Assembly: GCA_031397915.1 (NCBI GenBank)
Contig: JANNMM010000069.1
Coordinates: forward strand, 1-57,887
DNA from: Rhodoferax sp.
Lineage (GTDB): Bacteria; Pseudomonadota; Gammaproteobacteria; Burkholderiales; Burkholderiaceae_C
Reading direction: 5' to 3'
Length of the DNA: 57,887 nt
Below are positions 1-9,968 of this stretch, one piece after another. Position numbers and translations under genes: made by a program. The notes under the pieces are model-generated. The model searched no databases, was not told the DNA's origin, and saw only the letters and a program-made list of their open reading frames with translations. Within the stretch, counting starts at the first letter, position 1; each line of letters opens with the position of its first letter.

Positions 1-18
1 GGCCTCCACCCCGAGCAG

Positions 19-1968
19 TTGCTCGCTGATGTGGCCGGCCTGCCGCCGCTGCCGGGCGTGTACCGCTATTTCGACTTGAACAACGAGGTGTTGTACGTTG
101 GCAAGGCCATCAATCTGAAGAAGCGGGTTTCCAGCTACTTCCAGAAGAACCACGGTGGCACCCGCATTGGCCACATGGTCGGCAAAATCGTGCGGATGGA
201 GACCACGGTGGTGCGCTCCGAGGCCGAGGCGCTGCTGCTGGAAAACAACCTCATCAAGACGCTTACCCCGAAGTACAACATCCTGTTCCGGGACGACAAA
301 AGTTACCCGTATTTGAAGATTTCGGGCATGCCGGCGGGCAAGGCGGCGTTTGACGCAGCCAAGAGCGCGTTTTTTCCGCGGGTGTCGTATTACCGCGGCG
401 CGGTGGAGAAAAAGCACCACTATTTCGGCCCCTACCCGAGCGCCTGGGCGGTAAAGGAAGCGATCTTGCTGATGCAGAAGGTCTTCAAGCTGCGCACCTG
501 TGAAGACGCGGTCTTTCACAACCGCACGCGGCCGTGTTTGCTGTACCAGATCAAGCGCTGCTCGGCGCCGTGTGTGGGGCACATTGGGGCCGAGGAATAC
601 GCGCAGGACCTGGACAACGCCGAGAAATTCCTCAAGGGCGACTCGCAGCAGGTGATGCAGGCGCTGGAGGCGCGCATGATGGCGCATGCCGACCGGCTGG
701 AGTTTGAGCAGGCGGCCGAGTTGCGCAACCAGGTCTCGGCGCTCTCGAACGTGCTGCACCAGCAGTCGGTTGACAACGTGGCCGACCGCGACGTGGACAT
801 TCTGGCGGTGAAGGTGCACGGCGGGCGCGCGTGCGTGAATTTGGCGATGGTGCGCGGCGGGCGGCATTTGGGCGACCGCCCGTATTTCCCGACCCATGTG
901 GAAGACGCCGCGGCGGTTTTCAGTGAAGACGACGATCTGACGGCTTCGAAGAAATCCGTCGAAACACAGGTGCTCGAAGCTTTTGTTGCGCAGCATTACA
1001 TCGACATTGCGGTGCCGCCTTCGCTGATCACCGGTGAGCGGCTAAGCCGGGCGCTGGTATCGGCCTTGACGCTTCAGTCGGGCGTCAAGGTCAGCGCCGT
1101 TCACCAGCCCCGCGAGCAGCGCCGCATCTGGCTGGAGATGGCGCAGACCAATGCCGATTTGCAGCTGGCGCGGCTGCTGTCGGAGGAAGGCTCGCAGCAG
1201 GCGCGCACGCGGGCGCTGGCAGACGCGCTGGATATGTCGCTGGACGCCCCGCCGGATTCAAACGCCAACCCGCTGGACGAATTGCGCGTGGAGTGTTTCG
1301 ACATCTCGCACACGGCCGGCGAAAACACCCAGGCGTCCTGCGTCGTGTTTCACCACCACAAAATGCAAAACGCCGAGTACCGTCGCTACAACATCAACGA
1401 CATCACACCCGGCGACGACTACGCCGCGATGCGCCAGGTGCTGCTGCGGCGTTACGGCAAACTGGCCGAGGCCTTGAACGAGGCCAGGACCACGGGCAGC
1501 CTGCCTGCCGGAACGGGCAAATTGCCGCACCTGGTGCTGGTGGACGGCGGCAAGGGCCAGGTGAGTCAGGCGCGGGAGGTGTTTGAGGAGCTGGGGCTGG
1601 ACCTGTCCCTTATCGTGGGCGTTGAAAAGGGCGAGGGCCGCAAAGTCGGCTTGGAGGAACTGGTGTTTGCTGACGGGCGTGAGAAGGTCTATTTGGGCAA
1701 AGACTCGGCCGCGCTGATGCTGGTGGCGCAAATCCGCGACGAGGCGCACCGTTTTGCCATCACCGGCATGCGCGCAGCACGGGCCAAGGTGCGCACGGGT
1801 GGAAGCAAGATTGAGGAAATTCCGGGCATCGGCCCGAAACGCCGCGCCAAGCTCTTACAGCGGTTTGGTGGTGTGCGCGGCGTCGGCCTGGCCAGCGCGG
1901 AAGATATTGCCATGGTTGACGGCATTTCAAAGGAACTGGCCGAAGAGATATACCGCGCCTTGCACTGA
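19..1968 (+). CDS. uvrC: UvrC excinuclease ABC subunit C (frame is open from base 1, so the true start may lie upstream of the window)
   Basis: 649-aa ORF; N-terminal GIY-YIG motif (PGVYRYFD...[18 protein letters not shown]), UVR-like [12 protein letters not shown]-terminal HhH ([13 protein letters not shown]). Confidence 0.93.
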   Translation: MLADVAGLPPLPGVYRYFDLNNEVLYVGKAINLKKRVSSYFQKNHGGTRIGHMVGKIVRMETTVVRSEAEALLLENNLIKTLTPKYNILFRDDKSYPYLKISGMPAGKAAFDAAKSAFFPRVSYYRGAVEKKHHYFGPYPSAWAVKEAILLMQKVFKLRTCEDAVFHNRTRPCLLYQIKRCSAPCVGHIGAEEYAQDLDNAEKFLKGDSQQVMQALEARMMAHADRLEFEQAAELRNQVSALSNVLHQQSVDNVADRDVDILAVKVHGGRACVNLAMVRGGRHLGDRPYFPTHVEDAAAVFSEDDDLTASKKSVETQVLEAFVAQHYIDIAVPPSLITGERLSRALVSALTLQSGVKVSAVHQPREQRRIWLEMAQTNADLQLARLLSEEGSQQARTRALADALDMSLDAPPDSNANPLDELRVECFDISHTAGENTQASCVVFHHHKMQNAEYRRYNINDITPGDDYAAMRQVLLRRYGKLAEALNEARTTGSLPAGTGKLPHLVLVDGGKGQVSQAREVFEELGLDLSLIVGVEKGEGRKVGLEELVFADGREKVYLGKDSAALMLVAQIRDEAHRFAITGMRAARAKVRTGGSKIEEIPGIGPKRRAKLLQRFGGVRGVGLASAEDIAMVDGISKELAEEIYRALH

Positions 1969-1992
1969 CTCTGGCATGCCACAATAAACGCA

Positions 1993-2562
1993 ATGTTCCT
2001 CACCATTCCGACCTTCATGACCTGGTCGCGCATCGTCGCGATACCGCTGATCGTCGCGATTTTCTACCTGCCCATCGACAAAGGCACACAAAACCTGGTT
2101 GCCACGGTTCTGTTTGTCTTCTTCGCCTGGACCGACTGGCTTGATGGCTATCTGGCGCGCAAACTCAACCAGACCTCGGCCTTCGGCGCCTTTCTGGACC
2201 CGGTGGCCGACAAATTTCTCGTTTGTGCCTGTGTGCTGGTTCTGGTGCACTTGCAACGCGCCGATGTGTTTGTGGCGCTGATCATCATCGGCCGTGAAAT
2301 CGCCATATCGGCCCTGCGCGAATGGATGGCGCAGATCGGCGCCGCGAAAAGTGTGGCGGTGCACATGATCGGCAAACTCAAGACCGTCGCGCAGATGGTG
2401 TCGATCCCGTTTCTGCTGTACGACGGCCACCTTTTCGGACTGATCGACACCCGCCTGTGGGGCACTTGGCTGATATGGGGCGCGGCCGTGCTCACGGTCT
2501 GGTCGATGGTCTATTACCTGCAGAAGGCGGTTCCGGAAATCCGCGCGCGTGTGAAGAAGTAA
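1993..2562 (+). CDS. pgsA: CDP-diacylglycerol--glycerol-3-phosphate 3-phosphatidyltransferase
   Basis: 189-aa hydrophobic ORF with CDP-alcohol phosphatidyltransferase motif (TDWLDGYLARKLNQTSAFGAFLDPVADK). Confidence 0.9.
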   Translation: MFLTIPTFMTWSRIVAIPLIVAIFYLPIDKGTQNLVATVLFVFFAWTDWLDGYLARKLNQTSAFGAFLDPVADKFLVCACVLVLVHLQRADVFVALIIIGREIAISALREWMAQIGAAKSVAVHMIGKLKTVAQMVSIPFLLYDGHLFGLIDTRLWGTWLIWGAAVLTVWSMVYYLQKAVPEIRARVKK

Positions 2563-2580
2563 AGCGGACTGAGCTCGACT

Positions 2581-3462
2581 GTGAACAGCGTGCGGGAAGA
2601 CGCCTTCATCAAGGCGATGCCAGTGGTGTTTGTGCTGATCTGGAGCACCGGCTTCATCGTGGCGCGATACGGCATGCCACACGCGCCGCCGATGAAATTT
2701 CTGGCCTGGCGTTACTTTTTTTCCATTCTGTGTTTTTTGCCGTGGATCTGGCTGGCCAGGGTCCAATGGCCACAGGGCAGGGCGCAGTGGCAGCATTTGG
2801 CCGTGACCGGGGTGCTGATGCACGCGATCTACCTGGGCGGTGTCTGGGCCGCCGTCAAGATGGGCATGGGTTCAGGCCTGTCCTCTTTGATTGTCGGGCT
2901 GCAACCGGTGCTGACCGCGTTCTGGCTGGCCGGGGTTGGCAACGCCGTGACAAAACGACAGTGGGCCGGATTGGCCTTGGGCTTTCTCGGTCTGGTGATG
3001 GTGGTCTCCAGAAAGTTCGGTGCCGGAGGCGAAGCGACCTGGCTGAACCTTGCGATGGCCCTAGGCGCACTGGCTGGCATCACTGTAGGCACCTTGTACC
3101 AGAAGCGTTTTGTGGCCACTTGCGACGTTCGCACAGCAAATGTGGTGCAACTTGGTGCGGCGCTGCTGGCGACCCTGCCGATGACCCTTCTCGAAAATGA
3201 ATCCGTGCAGTGGAACCCGCAGTTGGCCGGTGCGATGGCCTGGTCGGTACTGGCCCTGACATTGGGAGGAAGCTCACTTTTATATTTGTTGATTCAGCGC
3301 GGTGCGGCCGCATCAGTCACCAGTCTGATGTACCTGGTGCCGCCGGTTACCGCCTGTGTCGCGTGGTTGCTTTTTGACGAACCCATCACCGCGCTGACAG
3401 TGGCTGGCACAGTGATTACCGCGCTGGGCGTCAGCCTGGTGGTGCGGGCGCCGAAGGGTTGA
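2581..3462 (+). CDS. EamA/DMT-family transporter
   Basis: 293-aa ORF with ~10 hydrophobic helices in two similar halves; GTG start at 2581, alternative ATG at 2617. Confidence 0.8.
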   Translation: MNSVREDAFIKAMPVVFVLIWSTGFIVARYGMPHAPPMKFLAWRYFFSILCFLPWIWLARVQWPQGRAQWQHLAVTGVLMHAIYLGGVWAAVKMGMGSGLSSLIVGLQPVLTAFWLAGVGNAVTKRQWAGLALGFLGLVMVVSRKFGAGGEATWLNLAMALGALAGITVGTLYQKRFVATCDVRTANVVQLGAALLATLPMTLLENESVQWNPQLAGAMAWSVLALTLGGSSLLYLLIQRGAAASVTSLMYLVPPVTACVAWLLFDEPITALTVAGTVITALGVSLVVRAPKG

Positions 3463-3514
3463 TGGCGGGCGTCGGCAACAATACCGTTTTCGTGAAATTC
3501 AAGGAGCTGATGAA

Positions 3515-4600
3515 ATGGCCAAAAAACGCATCGCCGTAATCCCCGGAGACGGCATTGGAAAGGAAACCATGCCAGAAGGCGTGCGGGTGATGGAGGCGGC
3601 TGCCAGCAAGTTTGGCATTGACCTGCAGTTTGACCACTTCGATTTCTCCAGCTGGGACTACTTCGAAAAACACGGCAAGATGATGCCGGACAACTGGAAA
3701 GACCTGGTGGGAGGCCATGACGCGATTTATTTTGGCGCCGTGGGCTGGCCGGAGAAAATCGCCGACCACACCTCGCTGTGGGGCTCGCTGCTGTTGTTCC
3801 GCCGGGAGTTTGACCAATACGTGAACCTTCGTCCGGCTCGGTTGATGCCCGGCATCATCGCCCCCGTGGTGCGGCGCGACGGCAGCCCGCGCCTGCCCGG
3901 CGAGATCGACATGTACATCGTGCGCGAAAACACCGAAGGCGAATATTCCAGCATCGGCGGGCGCATGTACCCGGGCACCGAGCGCGAGATCGTGATGCAG
4001 GAGTCGGTGTTCTCCCGCCACGGCGTGGACCGCGTGTTGAAGTTCGCGTTTGAGCTGGCGCAGGCGCGCCCGAAGAGGCATTTGACCAGTGCCACCAAAT
4101 CCAACGGCATCGCGATTACCATGCCCTATTGGGACGAGCGGGTGGTCGAGATGGCCAAAGCCTATCCGGGCGTGCGCCTGGACAAGTTCCACATCGACAT
4201 CCTCACAGCCCACTTCGTGCAGCGGCCTGATTTTTTTGACGTGGTGGTGGCCAGCAATCTCTTTGGTGACATTCTTTCGGACCTTGGGCCGGCCTGTACC
4301 GGCACCATCGGCATTGCGCCGAGCGCGAACCTGAACCCGGACCGCAAGTTTCCCTCGCTGTTCGAGCCGGTGCACGGTTCGGCGCCAGACATCGCTGGCA
4401 AAGGCATCGCCAACCCGATCGGCCAGATCTGGTGCGGCGCAATGATGCTGGAGTTTCTCGGGCATAAAGCGGCGCATGACGCGGTGTTGGCCGCGATAGA
4501 AAAAGTGTTGCAACCCGGAAGCGGTGCACCACGCACGGCCGACATCGGCGGCACCGCAGGCACCGGTGATGTGGGGCGCGCCATCGCAGCGGCCCTGTAA
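3515..4600 (+). CDS. dmlA: Tartrate dehydrogenase/decarboxylase or D-malate dehydrogenase (DmlA/TtuC family)
   Basis: 361 aa, colinear by recall with E. coli DmlA/YeaU (IPGDGIGKE, YFGAVGWP, LWGSLLLFRREFDQYVNLRP, VRENTEGEYS, NLFGDILSDLGPACTGTIGIAPSANLNP). Exact orthology not established. Confidence 0.88.
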   Translation: MAKKRIAVIPGDGIGKETMPEGVRVMEAAASKFGIDLQFDHFDFSSWDYFEKHGKMMPDNWKDLVGGHDAIYFGAVGWPEKIADHTSLWGSLLLFRREFDQYVNLRPARLMPGIIAPVVRRDGSPRLPGEIDMYIVRENTEGEYSSIGGRMYPGTEREIVMQESVFSRHGVDRVLKFAFELAQARPKRHLTSATKSNGIAITMPYWDERVVEMAKAYPGVRLDKFHIDILTAHFVQRPDFFDVVVASNLFGDILSDLGPACTGTIGIAPSANLNPDRKFPSLFEPVHGSAPDIAGKGIANPIGQIWCGAMMLEFLGHKAAHDAVLAAIEKVLQPGSGAPRTADIGGTAGTGDVGRAIAAAL

Positions 4601-4912
4601 GCGCAACACACTGCGAGCTGGCACGCCTACATCGCGGGGTCAATTTGTCAAGCCGTTGCAACGCTTATTTTTCCGGATTTAGTGACAAATTTTCTTCCCA
4701 CGCCTGAAAAAAATGCGGCATGCTTGCGTTTGCGGTGCGAATTATTCAGTCTAAAATTCGCGCTCGCACGCCCGGGGCCTTGGACCATGTGATCCATGCC
4801 AATGTTCCGGACACGAAATGCTGCTGCCTTGTTGTGGACCTATTCCCTGCAAGGCGGCGACGATAACTGATGAGACACCTGATTAACTTTTTCTCCAATA
4901 AAGGGGTTCTTC

Positions 4913-5185
4913 GTGAACAAAACCGAACTGATTGAGCACATTGCCAAACATGCCGATATCTCCAAGGCCGCCGCTACGCGCGCGCTGGAGTCCACGATTG
5001 GTGCTGTCAAGACAACCTTGAAAAAAGGCAACTCCGTATCATTGGTCGGTTTTGGCACGTTTGCTGTTGGCAAGCGCGCTGCCCGCGTGGGCCGCAACCC
5101 CCGTACTGGCGCTGCGATTAAAATCAAGGCCGCCAAGGTTCCAAAATTCCGTCCGGGAAAGGCGTTGAAAGACGCCGTGAACTGA
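4913..5185 (+). CDS. hupB: HU-family DNA-binding protein
   Basis: 90-aa ORF ([11 protein letters not shown]...[21 protein letters not shown]); GTG start preceded by AAGGGG. Confidence 0.92.
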   Translation: MNKTELIEHIAKHADISKAAATRALESTIGAVKTTLKKGNSVSLVGFGTFAVGKRAARVGRNPRTGAAIKIKAAKVPKFRPGKALKDAVN

Positions 5186-5211
5186 ACAGGGCGTACAACA
5201 GTCTGCAGGTA

Positions 5212-5287
5212 GGGTGCTTAGCTCAGTTGGTAGAGCGGCGCCCTTACAAGGCGTAGGTCGGCGGTTCGAGACCGTCAGCACCCACCA
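5212..5287 (+). tRNA. tRNA-Val (anticodon TAC)
   Basis: 76 nt; GGGTGCT/AGCACCC acceptor stem, GTTCGAGAC T-loop, anticodon loop CTTACAA, encoded CCA. Confidence 0.93.
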
Positions 5288-5311
5288 CTACCCAGACCTG
5301 CGCACCCACTG

Positions 5312-5339
5312 AGGCGAACCGGCGGTTCGCCTTTTTTTG
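5312..5339 (+). terminator. Rho-independent terminator after tRNA-Val
   Basis: AGGCGAACC-GGC-GGTTCGCCT stem-loop followed by TTTTTTT. Confidence 0.7.
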
Positions 5340-5369
5340 TTGAAGAACGCATCCACTTGAGGCCGCGCA

Positions 5370-7307
5370 ATGTTCGATTTAGTACGCAAGCACACCAAGA
5401 TCCTGATGGTGATCATGTTCTTGCTGATCATCCCTTCGTTTGTGCTGTTCGGCATTGACGGCTACACCAGTTTCCGTGACAAAGGCGAGGCCGTGGCGAA
5501 GGTGGGCAGTTACGACATCACGCAGACCGAGTGGGATAGCGCACACAAACAGCAGGTTGATCGCATTCGCGCACAAATGCCGACCATCGACCCCAAAATC
5601 CTGGATTCAGCCGAAGCCAAATATGCGACGCTGGAGCGTCTCGTGCGCGACCGCGTTCTGGCCGACGCGGCTGACACATTGCACTTGCAGACCGGGGACG
5701 CACGTCTGGCCCGTGAACTGCAGCAAAACGAAACCATTGCATCCCTGCGGGGTCCCAACGGCAAACTCGACATGGAGCGTTATCGGCAACTGGCAGCCAG
5801 CCAGGGCCTCACGCCGGAAGGTTTTGAAGCCCGCGTGCGGCGAGACATTTCCGTGCGACAGGTTGAAGCCGGCATCACTGGCACAGGGTTTGCCACGCCC
5901 GCACAGGCCGGGGTGTCCCTCAATGCCTTTTTTGAAAAGCGCGAACTTCAGTTTGCCGGATTTTTACCGGCAGATTTTGCCGCCAAGGTGAACCCAAGCG
6001 ACGCCGAAATCGAGACTTTCTACAAAGACAACGCGGCACTTTTCAAGGCGAGTGAATCCGCCAGCATTGAATACGTGGTTCTGGATCTTGATGCGGTCAA
6101 GAAAACCATCACGCTCAACGAAGCCGATGTCAAGACCTATTACCAGCAAAACCAGGCGCGGCTCTCCGGTAGCGAAGAACGGCGCGCGAGCCACATTCTC
6201 CTGAACGCGCCCAAGTCGGCCCCCAGTGCCGAACGCGACAAGGCGCGCGCCCAGGCAACCGAGCTGCTGGCACAAGCCCGCAAATCACCTGACAGTTTTG
6301 CCGAGCTAGCCAAGAACAACTCTCAGGATCCGGGCTCTGCGCCCAGGGGCGGAGACCTTGACTTCTTCACCCGCGGCGCAATGGTCAAGCCATTTGAAGA
6401 CGCGGTTTACGCCATGAAAAAGGGCGAAATCAGCGACGTGGTGGAGTCAGACTTCGGTTTTCACATCATCAAGCTCACTGACATCAAGGAAGTCAAGCAG
6501 AAGAGTTTTGAGGAATTGAGGCCCGGGCTTGAATCCGAGCTGAAAGACCAGCAGGCCAAGACGAAATATGCAGAGTTGGCTGAAAGCTTCACCAATACCG
6601 TTTATGAGCAGTCGGACAGCCTGAAGCCGGTGGCCGACAAGCTCAAGCTGGAGATCAAAACGGCAGCCAATGTGACGCGCCTGGCAGGGCCGGGCGCCGC
6701 CGGGGTGTTGGCCAATCCCAAATTGCTGGCGGCAGTCTTCAATGCCGACGCCATCGAGAAAAAACGCAACACCGAAGCGGTGGAGACAGCGCCCAACCAA
6801 ATGGTCTCGGCGCGCGTCGTTCAGCACACCCCGGTTCGCACCTTGCCGCTGGCCGAAGTAAAAGCCAATGTTCGCGAACGCCTGGTCGCCCAGCGTGCCA
6901 TTGAGTTGGCCAAGAAGGAGGGTATGGACAAACTTGCGGCGTGGAAAGCCGCGCCTGCATCCGCCAGTCTGCCCGCGGGCGTGGTGGTGTCTCGCGACAA
7001 ACCGCTGAATGTTCCGCCTCAGGTCGTGGAGGCTTCCTTGCGCGCAGACGCAACCACCTTGCCGACGTTTATTGGCGTGGATATGGGCACCCAGGGGTAT
7101 GCCGTGGCCCGGATTACGACGGTGGTTGCCCGTCCGGCGCCGGAAGCTGCAGCGGCCAGCCAGGAGCAGGGCCAATACGCTATTGGCTGGAGCGCAGCCG
7201 AAGCGCAGGCCTATTACAACGGCCTCAAAGAGCGTTTCCAGGTCAGGATTCTTGCGCCCAAGCCTTCGCGTGCGAGCGCGGACGCTGCGGCCTTGCCCGG
7301 CCAATAA
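5370..7307 (+). CDS. ppiD: Periplasmic chaperone / peptidyl-prolyl isomerase PpiD
   Basis: 645 aa; N-terminal membrane anchor (ILMVIMFLLIIPSFVLFGI), parvulin-like segment (ASHILL...GGDLDFFTRGAMVKPFEDAVYAMKKGEISDVVESDFGFHIIK); sits after hupB as in E. coli. Confidence 0.88.
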   Translation: MFDLVRKHTKILMVIMFLLIIPSFVLFGIDGYTSFRDKGEAVAKVGSYDITQTEWDSAHKQQVDRIRAQMPTIDPKILDSAEAKYATLERLVRDRVLADAADTLHLQTGDARLARELQQNETIASLRGPNGKLDMERYRQLAASQGLTPEGFEARVRRDISVRQVEAGITGTGFATPAQAGVSLNAFFEKRELQFAGFLPADFAAKVNPSDAEIETFYKDNAALFKASESASIEYVVLDLDAVKKTITLNEADVKTYYQQNQARLSGSEERRASHILLNAPKSAPSAERDKARAQATELLAQARKSPDSFAELAKNNSQDPGSAPRGGDLDFFTRGAMVKPFEDAVYAMKKGEISDVVESDFGFHIIKLTDIKEVKQKSFEELRPGLESELKDQQAKTKYAELAESFTNTVYEQSDSLKPVADKLKLEIKTAANVTRLAGPGAAGVLANPKLLAAVFNADAIEKKRNTEAVETAPNQMVSARVVQHTPVRTLPLAEVKANVRERLVAQRAIELAKKEGMDKLAAWKAAPASASLPAGVVVSRDKPLNVPPQVVEASLRADATTLPTFIGVDMGTQGYAVARITTVVARPAPEAAAASQEQGQYAIGWSAAEAQAYYNGLKERFQVRILAPKPSRASADAAALPGQ

Positions 7308-7367
7308 CGCAATCGCAAGGGGTTAACCACCGCAGATCGCGGGCAGTTGTTATAATCTGCGTCCTGC

Positions 7368-7444
7368 GGTGGCTGTAGCTCAGTTGGTAGAGTCCAGGAT
7401 TGTGATTCCTGTTGTCGTGGGTTCGAGCCCCATCAGCCACCCCA
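7368..7444 (+). tRNA. tRNA-His (anticodon GTG)
   Basis: 77 nt including the extra 5' G(-1); near-identical in layout to E. coli hisR; anticodon loop ATTGTGA; ends ...AGCCACCCCA. Confidence 0.93.
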
Positions 7445-7445
7445 A
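7427..7445 (+). repeat. attL core (last 18 nt of tRNA-His plus 1)
   Basis: GCCCCATCAGCCACCCCAA, identical to 12149-12167. Confidence 0.85.
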
Positions 7446-7477
7446 TATTCAAAAGCTAGTATCCATGCGGGTTCCCA

Positions 7478-7505
7478 GGGGGTGTGGGTGCATAGTGTGG
7501 GTGCA
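7478..7505 (+). repeat. Left-end tandem repeat GGGGGTGTGGGTGCA-TAG-TGTGGGTGCA (candidate integrase arm-type sites)
   Basis: Two TGTGGGTGCA copies 13 bp apart (7483-7492, 7496-7505); the same arrangement is at 12057-12085 in the same orientation. Confidence 0.7.
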
Positions 7506-7790
7506 AAGATAGAAGCCTCTAGGAGAAATCTGTAGGGGCTTTTTCTTTAGCCCGCGCTTGCTCTTGTTGCCAGTTTGCGACGGTTGAATTGCCCCTTTGA
7601 CACTACCCGGACTGAGAGCAATTTCCCCGTAATTGGCTCCCCGTCTTGCTGTCTGTCACTTCCATTTATTGCCTATCGGGAACCCTCCCGGACTGACAAC
7701 TGAGGGGCGGTGTCGGGTACTCAGAATTCTCTAGGCTGGGCACACCCCCGGGGGCGATAGTCGGGGCTTCACCAACCCCTGAAAGACCCC

Positions 7791-8003
7791 ATGCAAAAGC
7801 TGTCCACGTTCGCCAATGCCATCTTCACTGCAACGATGAAACTGTTCAACCTAGATATCGACATCAACAAGGATGCACCTGGCCGGGGGCTTCTGGACTT
7901 TGAACGCGTGCGTCACAGCGAAGCCGACACAGAATATTTTGGCCTTGGCTTTCACGTGATTGTGTCGCGGTTTCCCTACCCGGTGCCCACTGGCGGTAAG
8001 TGA
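7791..8003 (+). CDS. Hypothetical 70-aa protein (island orphan)
   Basis: ORF only; no clear Shine-Dalgarno; no motif recognised. Confidence 0.3.
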   Translation: MQKLSTFANAIFTATMKLFNLDIDINKDAPGRGLLDFERVRHSEADTEYFGLGFHVIVSRFPYPVPTGGK

Positions 8004-8024
8004 ACGTACGTGGCCTTAGCGCCA

Positions 8025-8070
8025 CCCCTGCCTATGCAATTACACCCCCCTAGGGTTGCATAGGTAGGGG
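8025..8070. terminator. Hairpin between convergent island genes (possible bidirectional terminator)
   Basis: CCCCTGCCTATGCAA (8025-8039) pairs with TTGCATAGGTAGGGG (8056-8070); 15-bp stem with one mismatch, 16-nt loop. Confidence 0.5.
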
Positions 8071-8096
8071 CTCTTTGGGGTGCTGCGTCTGGGCTT

Positions 8097-8939
8097 CTAT
8101 TCCTCTGCTTGGGCTTCCTCAGTTCCCCACCAGTCCCTCAGGGCATCGGGCAGTCGTGGGCTGTATATCTCCAATGCTCTAGCGAGTATTTCCGGGTACT
8201 TCCGGCCCTCAGACCCTATGGCTTTGCGTAACTCAAGGGCCATGGCTTGAGCTTTTTTTTCGTTCTCTGCTTCTTGGTCAAAGTCAGAGGCTTCATGCCC
8301 CGCCGCAAGTCGCTGGGCCTCCGCCCACCTGAGTTCCCTACAGTCACTCCCGGAGGTCACTTCGAGGTCATCGCCCCCATTGTTCGCTCGTTCCTCCAAT
8401 TGATTGAAAACCTTGCGCATACTAGCAATCGTTGACTCAGACACCCCAGCACACGCCGCCGTTTCCTCTTTTGACAGTTGGGTCATGGTTACAAGGTGCC
8501 AGGCAGCATCAGACTTCTCTGCCCGTGTCATGGCTAGCTTGTCGCCTTTGTTTCGCCGTGCTGCTGTCGCCATCGCACGATCTATCGAACCTTCAAAGAC
8601 CTCTACGGGGATGATGTGTTGGATGTCCAGTTTCGCGGCCACATAGGCGGCGTGTCGGTGATGGCCGTCAATACATACCCATCCCTTGCCGTCCCACCAG
8701 ACCGTGATGGGGTCTAAGGTTTTGCCCTTGTTCTTTTTGATGGCCGCTGTCAACTTGAGGACATGGGCCTTGCTGTCGTGTCCAACAAAGTCCCGATGTT
8801 GGAAAACTTTGGGCCATAGTTTGATGGCACTCAAGGGAAGTCCACTGGGGGGCACTGCTGGCTGTGGGACACCTTTTGCAAGCTGCTGACTCAGTGCAGA
8901 ATAGTCGCCCACACGTGAAAATCCAGTTCTCTTTTTCAT
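8097..8939 (-). CDS. ParB/Srx-like N-terminal domain protein with central HTH
   Basis: 280 aa; ParB-like nuclease-fold signature (DPITVWWDGKGWVCIDGHHRHAAYVAA), HTH-like segment (LSKEETAACAGVSESTIASMRKVF), acidic helical C-terminus. Confidence 0.75.
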   Translation of the reverse strand: MKKRTGFSRVGDYSALSQQLAKGVPQPAVPPSGLPLSAIKLWPKVFQHRDFVGHDSKAHVLKLTAAIKKNKGKTLDPITVWWDGKGWVCIDGHHRHAAYVAAKLDIQHIIPVEVFEGSIDRAMATAARRNKGDKLAMTRAEKSDAAWHLVTMTQLSKEETAACAGVSESTIASMRKVFNQLEERANNGGDDLEVTSGSDCRELRWAEAQRLAAGHEASDFDQEAENEKKAQAMALELRKAIGSEGRKYPEILARALEIYSPRLPDALRDWWGTEEAQAEE

Positions 8940-9181
8940 GCCTTTACCTTGCTTTTATTCGTGTTGTGTTTGGAGATAGCCGGGGTGCTGTCACCCGTTG
9001 AAAATGCGCCCACAGATGCACAAAGGCAGAGGGCTTTTGCATCAGGCGGGGGGCAGTTGGAGGGGCCGTAGGTTCTCCTAAGGTGGAGGGAATTGACCCA
9101 TGCGGCGTATCCCTGTACGTGGTACGCGTGTGCTGGGGAAACCGCCCACGACACCGGGCACGGGTAGGAACGAAAAACATT

Positions 9182-9805
9182 TCAAGCGTTTGCATCGGCT
9201 GCCACCACGCGTTGCACTGTAGACACCCCGCATCCCAGCGACTTTGAGATTTTCAACATACCCAGCCCTTCGGACCTCAACTCACGTATGCGGGCTTCAG
9301 TCTTGGGGTCAACTACTGGCCTTCCAATGGCATTGCCTGACTTGGTGCCGTTCTTCTTGGCCCGCGCAAGGCCTGACTTCACCCGTTCAACAATCATGCC
9401 GCGCTCAAACTCCGCGAACACACCCATCATCCCGAACAGGGCTTTCCCCGCCGGGGTGGTCGTATTGATGCCCTGTTGATGCAGGTACAGGTCTACGCCC
9501 GTCGCGTGGAGTTCCTGAAGGAGTCCAACAAGGTCGATTAGGGAGCGGCCTAAGCGGTCAACTGACCACGCGGCCACAATGTCAAAGTCTTTGCGGGATA
9601 CGCCCTTTAGCATGGCATCCAGCCGGGGCCTGTCCTTCCGGCCCTTGGCTCCGCTAATGCCTCGGTCAGTGAACTCCTCAACGACTTCCCAGCCCATGCG
9701 CGACGCTGTTCCCCGTAGTTCCATCAATTGGTTTTCGGTGCTTTGCCTGTCTGTACTGACGCGGGCATAGAGCGCCACTCGGGGTTGTCTGCTGGTCTTG
9801 GTCAT
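9182..9805 (-). CDS. Serine recombinase (resolvase/invertase family)
   Basis: 207 aa; catalytic N-terminus VALYARVSTDRQSTENQ, DRLGRS motif, C-terminal HTH (ISKSLGCGVSTVQRV). Confidence 0.92.
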   Translation of the reverse strand: MTKTSRQPRVALYARVSTDRQSTENQLMELRGTASRMGWEVVEEFTDRGISGAKGRKDRPRLDAMLKGVSRKDFDIVAAWSVDRLGRSLIDLVGLLQELHATGVDLYLHQQGINTTTPAGKALFGMMGVFAEFERGMIVERVKSGLARAKKNGTKSGNAIGRPVVDPKTEARIRELRSEGLGMLKISKSLGCGVSTVQRVVAADANA

Positions 9806-9862
9806 CTGTGGCTTTCAGTGTTGAGGTCTTGATTATGTCGCCAATCCATTCGAAAAACAACT

Positions 9863-9937
9863 GGTTTCGGTATATGTGATTTAAATGTATCGCCTCATAG
9901 CCACGCGATGCCCAATTCCGTAGAGGGTTTCGGTATA
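9863..9937 (+). repeat. Two perfect 12-bp direct repeats GGTTTCGGTATA (9863-9874, 9926-9937)
   Basis: Read directly; start-to-start spacing 63 bp; lies in the divergent region between the recombinase gene and the 184-aa ORF. Confidence 0.8.
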
Positions 9938-9968
9938 GGGGCAATCCTGCTTGAGGTGACAATGCCCA

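Noticed and set aside
4619-4636. TGGCAC upstream of hupB as a sigma-54 promoter
   Set aside because: No GC/TTGC element sits at the required distance. CATCGC is out of register by about two bases.
8936-9195. 72-aa and 83-aa minus-strand ORFs between the ParB-like and recombinase genes, considered as an excisionase
   Set aside because: Their sequences are Pro/Thr/Arg-rich with no AlpA/Xis-like HTH pattern and no ribosome-binding site. They are more likely non-coding promoter DNA.
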